64,000 nucleotides of DNA from Mycoplasmatales bacterium (GTDB lineage: Bacteria > Bacillota_I > Bacilli_A > Mycoplasmatales > JABABV01): contig JABABV010000002.1 in assembly GCA_014238055.1 (NCBI GenBank), forward strand, positions 4,422 through 68,421, written 5' to 3'. Position numbers and translations under genes: made by a program. The notes below the pieces were generated by a model. It saw only the letters and a list, made by a program, of their open reading frames with translations. It did not search any database and had not been told where the DNA came from. Within the stretch, counting starts at the first letter, position 1. Each line of letters starts with the position of its first letter. This document shows positions 60,189-64,000 of this stretch, piece by piece.

Positions 60189-60297
60189 ATTATATAATAA
60201 TTACTATTAGATTAAATTTAATCAATTAATTAATATATAATAAAAATATAGGAACTACCGAATTTAACGAAGAAATTAAAATATTGGAGAAATTAAA

Positions 60298-60771
60298 ATG
60301 ATACATTTCAGCTATAGTCCTTTATTAGATAAAGACAACAAATCTTTTTGTTTACAAGATATTAAAGAAAGATTTATTATTTTGTATTTTTATCCGAAAG
60401 ATAATACTCCAGGATGCACAATTCAAGCAAATAAATATAGTCAATTAATGAAAGAATTTCAAGCGATGGGAGTTGCTGTTGTTGGCGTTGGAAAAGGCGA
60501 TTGTAAATCAAAAACAAAATTTGTTAATCGTTATCAATTAGAACAAATTATGGCTAGTGATGTTGATTTTAAACTTGGTAAATTATTAAACGTTGCTGTA
60601 CAAAAGAAAATGTTTAATAATGTTTATTGAACATACACGCGTAGCTCTTTTGTAATTGATATGAAAAATTTAGCAATTATGAAATCACAAAAACCAGCAA
60701 AAGCATTAAATGATGCTAATGAAAATTTATTATTTTTAAAAGATTATTTTAAAAATAGAAAGGAAGCATAA
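60298..60771 (+). CDS. bcp: peroxiredoxin (Bcp/PrxQ type)
   Basis: Motif YFYPKDNTPGCT. One TGA joins track ORF 60298-60630 to the C-terminal part. Confidence 0.8.
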
Positions 60772-60772
60772 T

Positions 60773-62122
60773 ATGAAAATCATTATTAATAATCGCTATA
60801 ATGCCAAAATTAGTAAATTAAATCGCTATTTAAGTAAAGCTCGTGCCCAAACGATTGAAGGGCATAAAAATAATATTGATTTAATGCAACTTTTAAGTTT
60901 TTTAAAAGAAAATTTAAGAAATCGTAAAAGAGAACAATTTTCGTGAACGAAAGATTTAGTCAATGCAATTTGTAAAGGGATCTTTTTTGAAGAACCGATT
61001 TATATTATTTCGGCAGCTGATGAAAAAGATATTCATGGAAAGCATATTGAAGTTACTAATTGAAAAAAACATTTAGCGACTTTAAGATATTTATCTGACT
61101 TCACAATGATCAAAATATCACATTTAACTAGTCGTTTATTTACAACTGAATTAATCGACAAGTTAAAACAATTAGATACTGATATTGCAAAATGATCGAA
61201 TCGCGATCGCATTATTTTTAAAATTAAATATTTATGAACGATCGTTCATCCCGGACAACAATTGTCGGCTAATGAATTATCAACTTTAATTCAAATGAGT
61301 CCTGAAGCAATTCAATTAACTAATGAAAATTGTCGCACTGATGAATTTTTAATTAGCGCTAATAGTTTTCAACATTTTAAATTATTAACACGTTATAAAA
61401 TTAATCATGATTTCTTAATTGATTCAGCTGAAAAACATAACGCTAGTTGAGTTATTAATGATATCGATACGTTCCACAAATCACGTAAACCGTTTATTAA
61501 GAAACATCCAATCCATATGCCAGTAGTGGGGACTGTTATCGTTCATTTAGAAGAGTTTATTACTTTTGAACATAAATTACACCATATTCATAAAATGACG
61601 ATCTATCCAGCTCGTATTTATAAATATGATAAACATAATACGTGATGATATCGTGAAGTTAAAAGTTATATCGTTAATCATCCTTCTTTCCATAGCGAAT
61701 GGAAAGAAGCTTTTGTGAGCAATTTAGTAATTCATGAATTTCATAAATATTTTGTTTATGAAGAAGAAATTAAAAATCTACAAGCAATTTCTGATACAGC
61801 TAATGAATCAGAAAAACACAATAAATCAGTAGAATTATTTATGAAATTAATTACTAATAATTTAAATAGTATTTTTCGTTATAATTTCCGCTTTAAAAGT
61901 GATGTGTTTGGTAAACGTATTATTTTTAATAAAAAGCGTCGTGAATATACGATTAAAATAGCGACTGATTTTGAAGGTTCTGATTTCCTTTATAATAATC
62001 ATGATCAAAATTTTGATCCTAAAAAAACAGAACATAATTTTTATTTTAAAAATGAATGACCTTTATATGACACAATGCAAATTTTTAGAAGATTTTGCCT
62101 AAAAGTTATTAAGACAGTTTAA
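60773..62122 (+). CDS. hypothetical cytoplasmic protein (449 aa), His-rich middle region
   Basis: ATG lies 1 nt after the bcp stop. Fragments 61262 and 61715 are in the same frame. No TM segment and no motif I recognise. Confidence 0.6.
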
Positions 62123-62176
62123 ACTTTTTTAAAAATAATTAGTTTTATTATTAAAATTGTATTATAATTGTGGCGT

Positions 62177-62854
62177 ATGACTTTTTTTGAAAAATTAATA
62201 AAAAACTGCAGCTCGTGAGAAGAATTAGTTTCACAAAATAAATTCATTATAAAATTGTTAAATCAAGAGATCGATAATGAACAATTTTATAATTTTTGAA
62301 TTCAATCTTGTCTTTATATGAGGATTTATAAAAAATGTTTTAAAATCTTAAAAATGAAAGATGAAAGTTTTGAAAATCAAGAATTTTGCAATTATTTTTT
62401 AAGCAAAATGAAGTCTAATAATTTTATCGATAACTCTTATGGTTATCCGGTACCTAAAAAAGAAGAAATAATCATGAATAGTGTTAGTATGAAATATGTT
62501 AATTTCCTTTTAACGATCGCAATTGAATATAGTTATAACGATTTGTTAATGGCTCTAGCACCTTGTATCATAGCTTATGGTTATTTTTTTCATATTTTTA
62601 ATGATTTTAGAAATAAACATAATTCTGAAATTACATTTACTGATTATAATAAAGTTTTAAGTATTTGAGTTAAAGGTCGCGATCGCAGTCAATTATCGCG
62701 TTCAACTTTAAAATACATTAATTTTATTAATGATTTTGCTAAAAAAAATAAAATTGATTTTGATGATTTAAGCGATATTTTTAACAATTCTGTAGAACAC
62801 GAAATAGATTTTTTCTACATTGTTAGTAACGATAAACTAATGAATGAAGATTAA
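62177..62854 (+). CDS. TenA/thiaminase-II-like (heme-oxygenase-fold) protein, tentative
   Basis: Size, all-helical composition and position directly upstream of thiD-thiE. Fragment 62318 is in frame. The motif-level match is weak. Confidence 0.45.
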
Positions 62855-62882
62855 TAATAAAATAAGCTAATTAGGAGAGAAC

Positions 62883-63686
62883 ATGAAAATTGTTTTAACG
62901 ATTGCTGGAAGCGATTCGGGTGCAGGTGCAGGTATTCAAGCTGATTTAAAAACTTTCGCTGCTTGTGGGGTTTATGGAACTAGTTGCATAACTAGTGTCA
63001 CTGCTCAAAATAGTAAAGGTGTTACTTTAATTAGAAACTTAGATAGCGAGATTATCAAAGCTCAAATAGAAGCTGTCTTATCTGATTTTGATATTAAATA
63101 TATTAAAATTGGTATGATTGGTAATTTAAAAGCTGCTAAAGCAATTGTAGAAATATTGGCGAAGTTTAAAGCTAAGAAATCTTTATTTGTAGTTTACGAT
63201 CCTGTTATGGTTTCGGAAACTAATGCTACTTTAATGGAAGCAAATATTATTGAATATATTAAACTTAATCTCTTACCGATCGTTGATGTTGTCACTCCTA
63301 ATCTATGAGAAGCTAGTAAGTTGTTAAAAGAAATGATTTCTGATCCTGCAGGGATGGAAAAAGCTGCTAAAAAGATTACTATTTTTGGCGTTAAACACGT
63401 TATCGTTAAAGGTGGCCACTTAACAAAAAGCGCTTTAGACGTTTGTTATTCAACAACAAATAATCAAATGTTCCGTGTTGAAAAAAGTTTATTAAAAACT
63501 AATGCTACACATGGGACTGGTTGTAGCTTCAGCAGTGCTTTAACTGCTTTTTTAGCAAAAGGATTAACTTTCAAAGCCGCTGTTGAGGCTGCTAAAGAAT
63601 ATGTTTTTAACGGAATTAAATACGGTATTAAAATTACTGAGAACGGTAAAAGCCCGATTAATCATTTCTGAAATAATAAGGAGTAA
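62883..63686 (+). CDS. thiD: hydroxymethylpyrimidine/phosphomethylpyrimidine kinase
   Basis: LTIAGSDSGAGAGIQADLKTF, VYDPVMV, KGGH, GTGCSFSSAL. Confidence 0.88.
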
Positions 63687-63688
63687 TT

Positions 63689-64000
63689 ATGAAAAAAATT
63701 AATTATGAAGTTTATTTAGTTGCTGATAGTTCGATAACTAATCTTCCAAAATTAGTTAAAGAGGCAATCAATAGTGGCGTTACTGTAGTTCAATATCGTA
63801 ACAAAAATGATTGTTTAAGAACTTTTTTAATCAAAGCTAAAGAAATTCAAGACATTTGTAAAGAACATCAAATTCCTTTTATCATCAATGATAACTTAGA
63901 AGCTGCTCTTGAATTAAAAAGTGATGGATTGCATGTTGGGCAAGAAGATTTATCGTTAACACATATTCGTCAAGAATATAAAGGTATTATTGGTTTAAGT
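63689..64000 (+). CDS. thiE: thiamine-phosphate synthase (3' end beyond the window)
   Basis: VYLVAD..., VVQYRNK, INDNLEAALELKSDGLHVGQEDL. Confidence 0.85.
   Translation, partial: MKKINYEVYLVADSSITNLPKLVKEAINSGVTVVQYRNKNDCLRTFLIKAKEIQDICKEHQIPFIINDNLEAALELKSDGLHVGQEDLSLTHIRQEYKGIIGLS

Noticed and set aside
62123-62176. The expected TPP riboswitch upstream of the thiamine genes.
   Set aside because: The spacer is too short and lacks the conserved TPP-aptamer sequence elements.

Overview
This is a very AT-rich chromosomal segment from a wall-less, Mollicutes-type bacterium that reads TGA as Trp (translation table 4). Conserved genes such as alaS, pheT, uvrC, ftsK, recD2, mnmA, the GH38 mannosidase and the PTS permeases are intact only when the TGA-split fragments of the supplied standard-code ORF track are joined in frame. 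After joining I call 54 protein genes, an orphan 5S rRNA, one tRNA-Arg(UCU), a T-box leader (pheST), a probable L20-type leader (infC-rpmI-rplT) and many clean rho-independent terminators. The backbone comprises fba, mnmA..recD2..alaS-ruvX-DUF1292 (Firmicutes-like order), the infC operon, rpsO, mreB, an RNase J-like gene, ftsK, uvrC, greA, deoC, ffh, pheST and thiamine salvage genes (tenA-like, thiD, thiE). The accessory content is the more interesting part. (i) An operon of four diverged paralogous lipoproteins lies at 12.7-17.5 kb, with a fifth copy at the window start. They share a ~90-aa Trp-framed module with a seven-blade BNR/Asp-box propeller lipoprotein at 29.8-31.5 kb. (ii) There is a Pro/Gly tandem-repeat lipoprotein. 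(iii) An RNase J paralog has lost its metal-ligand motifs. (iv) A mannoside-type sugar island carries two EIIABC PTS permeases (one with a ~170-aa basic tail), manA and a GH38 mannosidase, interrupted by a DUF2130-like gene. (v) A marR-MATE operon has a duplicated 19-bp element in which each copy carries a TTGACA -35 box. (vi) A ~1.5 kb nearly gene-free stretch contains an orphan promoter and orphan terminators. I saw no CRISPR array, transposase, integrase or phage gene. All homology statements come from motif recognition by eye, not from database searches.
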